64,000 nt of DNA from an uncultured Bacilli bacterium. GTDB taxonomy: Bacteria > Bacillota_I > Bacilli_A > RF39 > UBA660. Position 1 is the stretch's first letter; the number at the start of each line of letters is the position of its first letter. The DNA is taken from NCBI GenBank assembly GCA_934120715.1, contig CAKOUW010000001.1, forward strand, positions 262,599 through 326,598, given 5' to 3'. A model generated the notes under the pieces. That model saw nothing but the letters and a program-made list of their open reading frames with translations, had not been told where the DNA came from and did not search any database. This document shows, one piece after another, positions 10,324 through 20,956 of this stretch. Position numbers and translations under genes: made by a program.

Positions 10324-10384
10324 TGCGTCAACCAAAATTTTGCAAAAGAAAAAACTTGGGAACACCAAGTCTTGAATTATTATA

Positions 10385-10461
10385 TGGTAGCCTGTACGGA
10401 ATTCGAATCCGTGAATGCTGCCTTGAGAGGGCAGTGTGTTAAGCCACTTCACCAACAGGCC
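10385..10461 (-). tRNA. tRNA-Glu (anticodon CUC)
   Basis: Cloverleaf folded by hand: acceptor GGCCTGT/ACAGGCT, anticodon stem CTGCC/GGCAG with loop CTCTCAA, T-loop TTCGAAT, encoded CCA. Own TTGTCA-17-TAAAAT promoter. Hairpin plus T-run terminator downstream. Confidence 0.8.
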
Positions 10462-10562
10462 ATAAATGTCTCTAATTAAAAGACATTTATATTTTAACAT
10501 TTTTTTATTTTTTTGACAATAGAATTTATGATATTTTGGAATTATCTTTTTAAATATTCTCT

Positions 10563-13199
10563 TTATATTATAAATTTAATTAGCCAGATCAATATAACAA
10601 TTACATATAATACTATTGCTCCATAAAATAATGTGCTATAAGTATAATAGGCAGCTGTTTTTAAAAACTTGTTACTAGTGGCCTTTTTAAAGTCAATTGA
10701 TAATATAACAAATATTATAGTTGCAACTAGAGATATTATTATTCCTTTTTTTAAGTCTTTGTTTTTATATGTATATACAATACTACTATGCCCCTTTTCT
10801 ACTTTAACACCTAGTAATCCTCCAAACATCTTAATAGTGTTTTTATTTTTGTTATTGACTAAAACATTGTAGTTACCACTATAAGATACTGGTATAACTA
10901 AATAGCCATCTGTATTGGTAGTAACATCAATCTTTATTTTATTTTTATCAAATAAAATATTATAATTTAACTTATTATTTTTAATAAAATCTTCATATTT
11001 GCTAATACTCATGGTAGAAATAGTTAGTTTAGAGATATCAATTGGTTTAATTAATTTGATTTTTATATTAACATTTTCATTATCATAAACTCCTAAACTA
11101 TAAGTACCATTACTAGTTTTAGTGGGATAGGAATCACTATATAGTTTATCATTAATATAAATAAGAGCTATGTTTTTAAATTCACCTTTAAGGCTTTCAT
11201 CTAAAGTTTTTAAAAGATCTAAATATAAAATAGACTTTTCTCTAACTTTGATGTCATACTCTATATAATTATCATTACTTTTGATAACTGTTCTTCCACT
11301 TTTACTAGTAGAAATGCCCTTAATATTCTTTGCTTGATAAATGCTAAATAAGTTATCATTAGAAGTGATACTATTATATATTTTATTTTGATAAGTAAAA
11401 GTATCGTCTTTATCTATATTAAAATTATTTTTAGCTAAATACAAATAATTTAGGTCATAATTTAACTCATAGAAGTTATATCCGTATTTACTATCTTTTA
11501 AAGTATAAAAATCACTTTCTATATCTTTATCTGTAAGAAAATATTTATTGGAAAGAATAGTGTCTGTAAATAAAGTACCACCATTAGAAAATATCATTGT
11601 CCAAAAGCTAGAGTAACCTAGTTTCTTATAAAATACTAAAGAGTTTCTATTTACCAGAGAGGTAAAATGATCAATTGACTGATAATTACTAACAATTCCA
11701 TCATTAATAACAAAGTCTGTCATATCTGAAGTTTCTGTCTTTAATTTATAATAATTATTAGAATTTTTATTTTCTATATTATTTAAGACTGTATAAGAGT
11801 TTTTAATTATACCTTGATAATTTTTAATCCCAATATATAAAAATGTATTAAATATGATATTACTAATAATGACTATATATATTATAGGCTTGTATATTTT
11901 TTCGTTTCTAAATAGATTTAATCCTACATTGATAATAAATATTACTATTGATAATAAAGTAAGTATTATAAAGGCTTTTTTGGCATAAATCATTGTAATA
12001 TTATAGACTGCTGTTTGTATATCTCTATATACCAATTTAAATGTAATAATGTAAATACTTATTAATAGGAAAATGCTTAATACACTAATTATTTTTAAGA
12101 TTTTATCAGATAACGAAATATTAATTTTGATATTTTTAATATTAAAGAGATAACTTCCACCTAAAACTAGTAAGTAAAATAGTATAAAACCATATCTATT
12201 AGGGAAAAATGAATAAGACATAAAATGAAATATTTTATTTAATGGTTCTACTATGTAGGGAATAATTAATATTAAGATTGCTGGTATATACCATTTAAGA
12301 AATTTTTCATTATTCTTTCTATTAATTATTAATAAGCAAGTAAAAGTAACTAATAAAATAGATATATTAAAGAAATTTAATTTATCAAATAAACAGCCAA
12401 GTAAATTATTAAAGATATTATTAGAAGTATTGGAACGAGCTGATGAAAATATTTGTCTAAGTGTTGGATAAGAAATGAATGAAGTCATTATCATTGGCAA
12501 TATTGTAAATATACCTAAACTAAGCATTACTTTTTTTTGCTTTTCCTTAGAGACATTACACTTGATATAAATAAATGCTATTAAAAATATAAATATAAGC
12601 ATCATATATGATAAATAGAATGAGAAACATATGGCTAAAAATAATGTAATGCCATACATATATGGTTTATCTTCATCAATTAATTTTTTAAGTCCTACTA
12701 CAATTAATGGAAACATATACACAACATCCATCCAAGCAGTGATTTGATAATTAATAAGACTATATCCACTAAAGGCGTATAATAATGCTAACGGAATAAA
12801 CATTTTATTATCTTTTTTAAATAAATATTTTAGGGAATATAAACAAGTAATAGCAGAAAGGACAAATTTTACCATAACAATTAAAGAAATGGCTAGATAG
12901 ATATCATTTCTTTTAAAGAAGAGAATGATAAAATTAATTGGACTTGCTAAATAGTAAGAAAATATTCCAAAGAAGTTTTCTCCACCACCTGATGTATAAT
13001 CTACAAGTAAAGATCCACTTTCTAAAATCGTATCCCATAAATGATAAAAAAGAGCTGATATTTGTGTATACAGGTCTCCTGTTAAGACTGTATTTTTACC
13101 AAATGGATAAATTCTAAGAATTAAGAATAAAATTACTAATATCCCTACTGAAATACCTCCAACAATGAAATAATCTTTAAATTTCTTCATAATTACCAC
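10563..13199 (-). CDS. YfhO-family polytopic membrane protein (878 aa), putative glycosyltransferase
   Basis: N-terminal motifs IYPFG...LTGDLYTQ...F and YYLASPINFIILFF match the conserved YfhO N-terminus. More than 12 TM segments plus a large C-terminal extracytoplasmic domain and final TM. Confidence 0.7.
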   Translation of the reverse strand: MVIMKKFKDYFIVGGISVGILVILFLILRIYPFGKNTVLTGDLYTQISALFYHLWDTILESGSLLVDYTSGGGENFFGIFSYYLASPINFIILFFKRNDIYLAISLIVMVKFVLSAITCLYSLKYLFKKDNKMFIPLALLYAFSGYSLINYQITAWMDVVYMFPLIVVGLKKLIDEDKPYMYGITLFLAICFSFYLSYMMLIFIFLIAFIYIKCNVSKEKQKKVMLSLGIFTILPMIMTSFISYPTLRQIFSSARSNTSNNIFNNLLGCLFDKLNFFNISILLVTFTCLLIINRKNNEKFLKWYIPAILILIIPYIVEPLNKIFHFMSYSFFPNRYGFILFYLLVLGGSYLFNIKNIKINISLSDKILKIISVLSIFLLISIYIITFKLVYRDIQTAVYNITMIYAKKAFIILTLLSIVIFIINVGLNLFRNEKIYKPIIYIVIISNIIFNTFLYIGIKNYQGIIKNSYTVLNNIENKNSNNYYKLKTETSDMTDFVINDGIVSNYQSIDHFTSLVNRNSLVFYKKLGYSSFWTMIFSNGGTLFTDTILSNKYFLTDKDIESDFYTLKDSKYGYNFYELNYDLNYLYLAKNNFNIDKDDTFTYQNKIYNSITSNDNLFSIYQAKNIKGISTSKSGRTVIKSNDNYIEYDIKVREKSILYLDLLKTLDESLKGEFKNIALIYINDKLYSDSYPTKTSNGTYSLGVYDNENVNIKIKLIKPIDISKLTISTMSISKYEDFIKNNKLNYNILFDKNKIKIDVTTNTDGYLVIPVSYSGNYNVLVNNKNKNTIKMFGGLLGVKVEKGHSSIVYTYKNKDLKKGIIISLVATIIFVILSIDFKKATSNKFLKTAAYYTYSTLFYGAIVLYVIVILIWLIKFII

Positions 13200-13482
13200 C
13201 TAACTGCTTAAATAATACATAAAACAACTACTACTCTTTTGATTTTACATTATTTACTTATTTATTAAACTTTTTAAAATATAAATAAATCTAAAGTAAT
13301 TATAACATGATATATTATTAAATTTCTATAGAACATTTGACAATATATTTTTTACCATTCAAACATAATATTTATACTCGCAACTTTTTTAATTTATATT
13401 ATAAAAAAAGAAAATCAAGTTTATTGTATACTTGACCTTCTTTCTTAGACTTTTTTATGATAATCTATGTGTTACTTTAATT

Positions 13483-14421
13483 TTAAAATTTTTCTTTCTC
13501 AAAATAGTTGAATAAATAATCTAGAAAAGCTTTTTCAGTAGCATTTAAGTAGTGTTTGTCATAGGCAATGCTGAATTTTGTTTTTGGTGTGTCAAAGTCT
13601 ATTGGTAGAATGTATATATCTTTATCATTATCTAATTCTACTATTTTTTTTAGGCCCCATCCTATTCCTAGGCCTTCTTTTACCAATTGCTTGGTTAATT
13701 CTAATCCATAAATTGTTAAATCATTTTTTATTGTCATATTTTTTCTTTTAAACATTTCTTCTAATGCATTTATATCATCATAGCCTCTAGTAGGTAAAAT
13801 CAGAGGATATTCTACGATTGATTTGTTGTTTTTAACGAACGAATCATAATAATTTTTATTTGTAAAAAAACAATTTTCCATTTCACAAAGTATTTTTTCA
13901 GTATAAATGTTACTATTCATAAAAATTGGATATTGTAAGATAACAAAATCTAATTCTTTATTTTTTAACTTTTCTTTTAATTCACCAGTACTGGAAAGAT
14001 ATATTTCAAATTTAACTTTTGTATGTAGGCTTTTAAATTCTTTAATTAGTTTAGGCATCATTAGTAAAGATATGTGTGAATATATTCCTAACCTTATATT
14101 TCCAGTTAGTTCTTTACTGCTTTCTTGAAGAGCTTTTTCAGCCACAATAATATTGTTAAAGGCTTTCTGTACATATGAGTATAATTTTTCACCAGTTGTA
14201 GTTAATTTTATATTGCGGTTTTCTCTTACAAATAATTGACAGCCTAGTTGTTTTTCTAATTCCTTTATAGTGTGACTAATTGCTGGTTGAGTTATGTGTA
14301 ATAATTCAGTCGCTTTAGAAAAACTGCGACACTCTGCTACGGCATAGAAGGTACGATATTTATTAAAATCAAATTGGCTATTATATATTCCCATACTTTC
14401 TCCTTTTTTATATAATAACAT
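13483..14421 (-). CDS. LysR-family transcriptional regulator (312 aa)
   Basis: N-terminal LysR HTH (FYAVAECRSFSKATELLHITQPAISHTIKELE) followed by a substrate-binding-domain-sized C-terminus. Confidence 0.8.
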   Translation of the reverse strand: MLLYKKGESMGIYNSQFDFNKYRTFYAVAECRSFSKATELLHITQPAISHTIKELEKQLGCQLFVRENRNIKLTTTGEKLYSYVQKAFNNIIVAEKALQESSKELTGNIRLGIYSHISLLMMPKLIKEFKSLHTKVKFEIYLSSTGELKEKLKNKELDFVILQYPIFMNSNIYTEKILCEMENCFFTNKNYYDSFVKNNKSIVEYPLILPTRGYDDINALEEMFKRKNMTIKNDLTIYGLELTKQLVKEGLGIGWGLKKIVELDNDKDIYILPIDFDTPKTKFSIAYDKHYLNATEKAFLDYLFNYFEKEKF

Positions 14422-14422
14422 A

Positions 14423-15601
14423 TTACGATTTTTTTACAAGTATTTTACTTTGTAGTTCCCTCTTTTCAGTTGCGTCTACCTTTCCATCGATTACTATATT
14501 AGCTGGTATTTCTAATCTTTCATTTTGTAAATTCTCTTCTAATTCTAAAGTTGTAAAATCTTTATAGAAGTTGATTTTATATGGCTGTTTATTTTCTACA
14601 AAAGTTAATTCTGTTCTTTCGACAACGCCCTTAATGCCAAAGGTTGCTAGAAGCTCTGCACGTCTTTTTAATGTTATTTGTTTATGATATAAGTCTTCTA
14701 CAGACTCTTCTCTTTCTCTTCTTATTGAAAACTGATATGATTTTTTATTCTTATAAGTACTTTCTGTTATAACAAAATCTAAATATGGTGCTTCATCATT
14801 TTTTAAATATATTTCTTTTATATCAATTTTTTTAGAATTATCATCATTATATACTGAAAGATCGGAATGACATGTATCAACATAATATGTTTGAATGTTT
14901 TTTGTTACTGTTCCATCTAATATGTCATCTACATAATCAATTACTCTATCTATTTCTTCTTCTAGCGATATATTACTGTTAAATACTTTAATATTTTTGT
15001 GGCCTATCCAAGCTTCTATAGTTTTTTGATCTAGGACTATTGCTTCTTCAAGACTTTCAAAACGGGCGGTGTTTGATGTTAAATTATATTTTTCTTTATT
15101 ACAAGAAGCTAAAGAAAATAGATTAATCACATAGTCATAACTGTCTAATAAGCTAATTTCATTATCGTTATATTTTAATAATAAGTAGTCAAAATCACTT
15201 TGACTTGGTAAGTAGGCTTTGTTGTCGATTAATGCTCTATCAAACAGCATTATACAAGTTTTTTCTCCTTTATTAATATCTAGGGCTTGTTGTGCCATCT
15301 CTTCTTTACATTTTTGTAAGCTATATAGGATGTCTTGAAAGTCTATTATATTTTGGGCTTCATATGGCTTTACTCCCCAATTAATTAGTTCAGTTGCTGT
15401 TTCAGCAACAGCTATTAGTTTTACGTCTTTTTGACTTAGATGTTTTTTTAGTGCTTCAAGTATTTTTGTCTTGCCAGCACATGGCCCTCCTGTTAAAACT
15501 ATTTTAATTAAATTCAAACAAATCCTCTTTCTAAAAAGAAATATTTTTAGGCCTAACTTCTTTTCAACTTTATAGTAACAGGATTTTTTTAAAATATCCA
15601 A
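14423..15601 (-). CDS. P-loop NTPase of unknown function (392 aa)
   Basis: Walker A VLTGGPCAGKT near the N-terminus. C-terminal ~150 aa of unknown fold. Confidence 0.5.
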   Translation of the reverse strand: MDILKKSCYYKVEKKLGLKIFLFRKRICLNLIKIVLTGGPCAGKTKILEALKKHLSQKDVKLIAVAETATELINWGVKPYEAQNIIDFQDILYSLQKCKEEMAQQALDINKGEKTCIMLFDRALIDNKAYLPSQSDFDYLLLKYNDNEISLLDSYDYVINLFSLASCNKEKYNLTSNTARFESLEEAIVLDQKTIEAWIGHKNIKVFNSNISLEEEIDRVIDYVDDILDGTVTKNIQTYYVDTCHSDLSVYNDDNSKKIDIKEIYLKNDEAPYLDFVITESTYKNKKSYQFSIRREREESVEDLYHKQITLKRRAELLATFGIKGVVERTELTFVENKQPYKINFYKDFTTLELEENLQNERLEIPANIVIDGKVDATEKRELQSKILVKKS

Positions 15602-15642
15602 TTCTTATTTTTTATATTATATATTAATGTAATTTATATTAA

Positions 15643-16335
15643 TCAGTTATAACTTACCATCGCTTTTAGACGTTTAATAACCTTTTTTTCAATTCTTGAT
15701 ATATATGATTGAGAAATACCTAATTTTTCGGCTACTTCTTTTTGCGTTAGTTCTTTATAACCTAGTAGTCCATATCTTAATATCATTATGTCTCTATCTC
15801 TTGGTTTTAAGTGTAATACTTCATTAATCATTAACTTCCTATCATCTTCTTGCTCTATTTCTTTTGTTACTATATCAGCATCAGTTCCTAAAACATCTTC
15901 AAGGTGTAATTCGTTACCTTCTCCATCAAATGATAAGGAGGCATCAATACTAACCTCTGTTTTAATTTTTTTATTTTTTCTTAAATACATAAGTATTTCA
16001 TTATCTATACATCTGGATGCATAAGTTGCTAGTTTGATATTTTTATCAGAACTAAAGGTATTTATTCCTTTGATCAAGCCAATAGTTCCGATGCTTACTA
16101 AATCTTCTAAATCAATCCCAGTATTTTCATATTTTTTAGCAAGAAAAACAACAAGTCTTAAATTATGTTCAATCAAAATATCTTTAGCTTTTAAATCACC
16201 ATCATTTTTAAGTTGTACATAGTACTCTTCCATTTCCCTTGATAATGGTTCTGGAAGCATATCTGTTGCTCCTACATAGAATATACTTTTGGCTTTGTAA
16301 AATAATTTTTTTAAAAATTCTATTATTTTTTTCAT
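15643..16335 (-). CDS. sigE: RNA polymerase sporulation sigma factor sigma-E (pro-sigma-E)
   Basis: Regions 2 and 4 conserved (NLRLVVFLAKKYENTGIDLEDLVSIGTIGLIKGINTF; KLATYASRCIDNEILMYLR; GISQSYISRIEKK). N-terminal pro-sequence present. Overlaps the upstream spoIIGA stop by 4 nt. Confidence 0.85.
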   Translation of the reverse strand: MKKIIEFLKKLFYKAKSIFYVGATDMLPEPLSREMEEYYVQLKNDGDLKAKDILIEHNLRLVVFLAKKYENTGIDLEDLVSIGTIGLIKGINTFSSDKNIKLATYASRCIDNEILMYLRKNKKIKTEVSIDASLSFDGEGNELHLEDVLGTDADIVTKEIEQEDDRKLMINEVLHLKPRDRDIMILRYGLLGYKELTQKEVAEKLGISQSYISRIEKKVIKRLKAMVSYN

Positions 16336-17102
16336 AGTTCCTCCTTTAATTTATTTGGCAAGATACAGTCTATATCAGATAATTCAAATTTTTCTTTACT
16401 AATACCAACTAAATAATTATTGTAAATTTTGTTATTTACTTCAAACTTGTCAGGAATATAGCATTTTATAAGTCCATTAGTATTTAAAGCTTTGTATGGA
16501 ACATAAATATATTTTTCTTTTTTTATATTAAAGCCTTTGTTAATAAGCACGACGGGTCTTTTTTTATATGGATCACTTAAGTGATTTCCAGTATCTATCA
16601 TTCCTTTCATAATATATGTTTTATTATTTATAGTTAGTTTTACATTTAAAATATTTGAGTAAGTGTTTTTATAACTTTTGTTCTCTTTGACATAACTAAT
16701 TATAATTATTGGTATAGCTATAATAGATACTATAAAGTTTAAATGCAGGCCATTATTTATAAATAATATGCCTTTACTATTATAAGAAAAGCTAATATTT
16801 AATAAATAAAGACTTCCTCCTAGAAAAATACTTATTAAATAGAAGTAACTAATATTTTTTAAAAAGCCTCTTTTACCAAAGGCTGTATATATTATTAAAA
16901 TACTAATTACTACTTTAAATAAAAATAATTCTAGGGAATTTAAATTAAAAAAAAGTAAAAATATAGATGTTGATGCTACCAGGCTTCCAAGTAATAATCT
17001 TTTTATTGATGTTTTATTTTTAAGTATTTTTTTGGTTGCGAAGAGGATTAGGTAATCAATAAAAAAATTAAGAATAAATACTAAATCTAAATATACTTTC
17101 AC
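16332..17102 (-). CDS. spoIIGA: sigma-E processing peptidase SpoIIGA
   Basis: Polytopic membrane N-terminal domain plus C-terminal aspartic-protease motif GMIDTGN. Likely GTG start (VKVYLDLVFILNFF, resembling B. subtilis MKIYLDVIWLLNF) with RBS AGGTGA; the track's TTG start at 17126 is less likely. Confidence 0.8.
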   Translation of the reverse strand: MKVYLDLVFILNFFIDYLILFATKKILKNKTSIKRLLLGSLVASTSIFLLFFNLNSLELFLFKVVISILIIYTAFGKRGFLKNISYFYLISIFLGGSLYLLNISFSYNSKGILFINNGLHLNFIVSIIAIPIIIISYVKENKSYKNTYSNILNVKLTINNKTYIMKGMIDTGNHLSDPYKKRPVVLINKGFNIKKEKYIYVPYKALNTNGLIKCYIPDKFEVNNKIYNNYLVGISKEKFELSDIDCILPNKLKEEL

Positions 17103-17164
17103 TGTATCACCTATTTTAATATACAATTAAAAAAACGACTTATCTGTCGTTTTACGGTACTAAT

Positions 17165-17479
17165 TTAAATTTTTTTCTTATGAATGAATATTTTAATTAT
17201 ATAAGATAAGAAGATTATCATTATAATTACAAAAGCCCATTTAAAGATGAGATTTATTGTTCCTGATGAATATTTATCTATAATAGAAAATATACTTTCA
17301 GGTAAATATTTATTAATAACGTTTCTAACATCAGGAAGACCAATATTATTTTTAATGAAACTTACTATTCTTAAAAATATATCAATAATGGCCATTAAAA
17401 AGACAAATGATGAAAATCTTTTGAAAAACATGATAACTACTAATATTAAAATAATTAAAACTATTAAATCTATATACAT
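17165..17479 (-). CDS. small two-TM membrane protein (104 aa)
   Basis: Two hydrophobic segments. Hairpin plus T-run terminator downstream. Confidence 0.4.
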   Translation of the reverse strand: MYIDLIVLIILILVVIMFFKRFSSFVFLMAIIDIFLRIVSFIKNNIGLPDVRNVINKYLPESIFSIIDKYSSGTINLIFKWAFVIIMIIFLSYIIKIFIHKKKI

Positions 17480-17531
17480 ACTACATATCCTCCAATTATA
17501 TTAGTATTGTATCATAGATTATTAATTTTAG

Positions 17532-18248
17532 CTACTCTAAAACATCTTTTGTTTTTATATTTTCATTTTTATTATATATTGTTAAAGTATTGTCTTTATA
17601 GGTTGCTAGTAAGATATTTTCGTATGTAGTATAGCCTTTAATTTTTAATTGTTTTATGAACCATTCTAAGGATTTGTCGGTGTTTTTGATGTTTTCTTTC
17701 ATAAGTTTTGTATCAATAATTACGTTTGAGGTTAATGAGTCTTTTACAGGTTTTAATGATAAATCATTTTTAGTAGGCTTTTTATATTTATCTTTTTCTA
17801 AAAAACTTATTTTACCATTTGCTTCCATAATGGCGTATGAAATTTCTCCAATATCAAAATAGCCTGATATTCTAGCTTGTTCTAGGAGATCGTTTATGTC
17901 AATTTTTACTTTTTTCATGGAGTTCATTAATATTTTTCCATCTTGAATAATTACAGTTGGTACTCCAAATATATATCTTCTTAGGTTAATATTTTTCATA
18001 GAAAGGTATGATACTAAAAAAGAACTTACACCAAAGGTTGCCATGGCTGTTAGACCTTGAAAATATTCATTTAAATCGTCTAAAATTATTTCAGCAGCAA
18101 AGTTTCCTATTGATATACCAATAATATAGTCGAATAAACTAAGTTCTGATACTTGTTTTTTACCAACTATTTTTGTTACAAAAAATAACACCACTATTGA
18201 AAAAAGACTTTTTAATATAACGTCTATATATTCCATTATGATCACCAT
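17532..18248 (-). CDS. DUF421 (YetF/YdfS-like) membrane protein (238 aa)
   Basis: N-terminal TMs with the conserved KKQVSELSLFDYIIGISIGN segment, plus a C-terminal soluble domain. Confidence 0.6.
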   Translation of the reverse strand: MVIIMEYIDVILKSLFSIVVLFFVTKIVGKKQVSELSLFDYIIGISIGNFAAEIILDDLNEYFQGLTAMATFGVSSFLVSYLSMKNINLRRYIFGVPTVIIQDGKILMNSMKKVKIDINDLLEQARISGYFDIGEISYAIMEANGKISFLEKDKYKKPTKNDLSLKPVKDSLTSNVIIDTKLMKENIKNTDKSLEWFIKQLKIKGYTTYENILLATYKDNTLTIYNKNENIKTKDVLE

Positions 18249-18299
18249 TATTAGTATTAGTAAAATATTAAATTATATACAAAAAAGGCATTAAGCCTT

Positions 18300-19280
18300 T
18301 TATTTTTCACCTTCTTCTAACATTGTAGTTATAAAAACACCATATCCTTTCGCTGTTGAATTAACTATAACATAATTGACAGCTCCAATAATCTTGTTAT
18401 CCTGAATTATAGGTGAACCACTCATTCCCTGAATAATACCACCCGTTTTTTCTAATAACCTGTTATCAGTAATTTCAAATAATATGTTTTTAGTTTTACT
18501 GTATTCATCTAGTCTTAAAATGTTAATTGTAAATTCTTCTACTTTATCATCCTCGATGACAGTTCTTATTTTTGCTTCTCCAGTTTTAACATTTGAACTT
18601 TTTCCAACTTCTAATTTATTATCCGTATTAATATCATAATTGTATTTTCCGAATATTCCTGATATTTCATTTTCTTCTATTATACCTTTAATAATATTTC
18701 TATTATAATTGGCATTTTTTTCACCAGCTCTTCCATCTCTACTTTTTACTATACTTGAAACTTTGGCATCGTATATTTTCCCATCTTTAATTTCGAATTT
18801 TGAGGCTGTTGTTGACTCGATAATTTCATGGCCTAATGCGCCGAATATTCTACTTTCAGGATCAATATAAGTAAGTGTTCCTACACCATTTATTTTATCT
18901 TTTACATAAAGTCCCGTTTTTAAGACATTATTTTCATCTTCTGATAAATTTAATTTTATTTCTTTAGTGATGTTATTTCTCATGACGGTAAAAGTTGCTT
19001 GTTTATTTGATTTTTCAACTTCTGATACCATAGAATTGATATCTTCTACTGTTTTATCATTGACTTTTGTAATAACGTCTCCAATTGCAAATCCGGCATC
19101 TTTGGCTATAAAAGAATTATTAATTTTATAGAAACCAACAACTAGAACTCCTTTTGAATTAACTTCAATACCAATAGTTTCTCCACCTACGATTACGTAA
19201 TTGGAATAAGCAAAGATATTTAAGGGAATAATAAGAAGAAGAGTAAAAAAACTAATTAGTAGTTTGTTTTTAAATTTCAT
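18300..19280 (-). CDS. spoIVB: SpoIVB peptidase (S55 family), PDZ-containing sporulation signalling protease
   Basis: N-terminal signal anchor, PDZ-like region, catalytic-Ser motif GGIIQGMSGSPI near the C-terminus. Confidence 0.75.
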   Translation of the reverse strand: MKFKNKLLISFFTLLLIIPLNIFAYSNYVIVGGETIGIEVNSKGVLVVGFYKINNSFIAKDAGFAIGDVITKVNDKTVEDINSMVSEVEKSNKQATFTVMRNNITKEIKLNLSEDENNVLKTGLYVKDKINGVGTLTYIDPESRIFGALGHEIIESTTASKFEIKDGKIYDAKVSSIVKSRDGRAGEKNANYNRNIIKGIIEENEISGIFGKYNYDINTDNKLEVGKSSNVKTGEAKIRTVIEDDKVEEFTINILRLDEYSKTKNILFEITDNRLLEKTGGIIQGMSGSPIIQDNKIIGAVNYVIVNSTAKGYGVFITTMLEEGEK

Positions 19281-19447
19281 AAAATCACCTCTTTAAAAAC
19301 TTACTACATTAATATTATCAACTATATATAATTAATTATTTCTATAAAATTTTACCAATTTTTAAATATCATTATATATAAAGGTTCATATAAAATTGCC
19401 TATTTTTGGATATTAAATTTAAAAAATATAAATAAAAAAGAGTTTAT

Positions 19448-19675
19448 TTACTCTTCTACTTTAAAATCTTCTATACTTCCATCAGCATTTACTATTTTAG
19501 TAATTGCTTCTTCAGCATTTTTTAATTTTTGATCACAATTTTTAGCAAGTATCATTGCTTCATTAAATTCTTTTATGGCATCATCTAATGGAACTTCTCC
19601 ACTTTCTAATTTTTTTACAATTTCTTCTAATTTTTTTAAACTTTCTTCAAAATTTAATTCTTTTGTAGTAGCCAT
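19448..19675 (-). CDS. xseB: exodeoxyribonuclease VII small subunit
   Basis: 75 aa with LESGEVPLDDAIKEFNEA motif. Directly downstream of xseA. Confidence 0.8.
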   Translation of the reverse strand: MATTKELNFEESLKKLEEIVKKLESGEVPLDDAIKEFNEAMILAKNCDQKLKNAEEAITKIVNADGSIEDFKVEE

Positions 19676-19686
19676 AGTTACCTCCT

Positions 19687-20940
19687 TTATAATACTTCTA
19701 CTTTAATATTACCATCAGTTAATGATAAGTCTAATTGGTCTTTTTTCTTTACTTGATTAATACTAGTTATTACTTTGTTATCTTTTTTAGTAATAGTATA
19801 TCCTCTTTTTATTGTTTCTAAGGGACTTAATGTTTCAAGCTTTGATATTAATTGTAAATACTTATTAGATTTATTATCTATTATACTAAATGGTTTAGTA
19901 AGAACGTATGAATTTTTAATATTAATTAATTTTTTTTCTTTAATATTTAATAGTGATGTAGCACTATATTTTAGTCTATCTATTAAATTATCAAATTGTT
20001 GTTCTTTTACTTGATAAATATTAATTGGGTTTTTAAAAATATATCTATCTGTTATTTCTAAAAGTCTTTGTTTTTCAATATTTAGTTTGTGTTGCATAGT
20101 TTTATTTATGCGAATTTTTAATTGATTTAAGTAATTTTTAACATCAGCTATTTGTGGTACAGCTAATTCTGCTGCTCCTGTTGGAGTTGGAGCTCTTAGA
20201 TCAGCTACAAAGTCGGCTATAGTAAAATCTATTTCATGGCCAACAGCACTAATTACTGGAATATTACAATTAAAGATAGCACGAGCTACTATTTCTTCAT
20301 TAAATGCCCATAAGTCTTCAATAGATCCTCCGCCTCTTCCTACTATTAAAGTATCAAGGTTATAGTTTTGGGCATTTTCTATTTGTCTAGCGATATCTTC
20401 TTTAGCAGCTTCTCCTTGTACTAGGGCTGGGAAAAGATATACTTCAACTAGTGGCCAACGTCTTTTTATGGTTGAAATGATATCTTTTATGGCTGCTCCT
20501 GTTGGAGCTGTTATAACACCAATTCTGGTTGGAATCTTTGGGATAGCTTTTTTATATTCTTGACTAAATAGTCCTTCTAGTTCCAATTTCTTTTTTAATT
20601 GTTCATAAGCAATATATAAATTACCAATACCATCTTCTAACATATCATTAACATAGATTTGGTAGCCACCATTAGCTTCAAAGACACTTATTTTACCTGT
20701 TACTAAGACTTTCATTCCGTCTTGAGGTGTGAATTTGACTTTTTTAGTTGCTGATGAGAACATTATGGCATTAATTCTACTATTTTCATCTTTTATTGTG
20801 AAATAGAAATGACCTCTACTATGAGCTTTAAAATTAGAGATTTCTCCTTTTAGAAAGACTTCATTTAGATTGGTATCATTATCTATTTTATATTTTATAT
20901 ATCTTGTTAATTGAGTAACGGTTATATATTTTTCGTTCAT
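19687..20940 (-). CDS. xseA: exodeoxyribonuclease VII large subunit
   Basis: 417 aa. N-terminal OB-fold (ISNFKAHSRGHFYFTIKD) and conserved catalytic core (IVGRGGGSIEDLWAFNEE). Confidence 0.85.
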   Translation of the reverse strand: MNEKYITVTQLTRYIKYKIDNDTNLNEVFLKGEISNFKAHSRGHFYFTIKDENSRINAIMFSSATKKVKFTPQDGMKVLVTGKISVFEANGGYQIYVNDMLEDGIGNLYIAYEQLKKKLELEGLFSQEYKKAIPKIPTRIGVITAPTGAAIKDIISTIKRRWPLVEVYLFPALVQGEAAKEDIARQIENAQNYNLDTLIVGRGGGSIEDLWAFNEEIVARAIFNCNIPVISAVGHEIDFTIADFVADLRAPTPTGAAELAVPQIADVKNYLNQLKIRINKTMQHKLNIEKQRLLEITDRYIFKNPINIYQVKEQQFDNLIDRLKYSATSLLNIKEKKLINIKNSYVLTKPFSIIDNKSNKYLQLISKLETLSPLETIKRGYTITKKDNKVITSINQVKKKDQLDLSLTDGNIKVEVL

Positions 20941-20956
20941 ATATATTTATCTCCAA

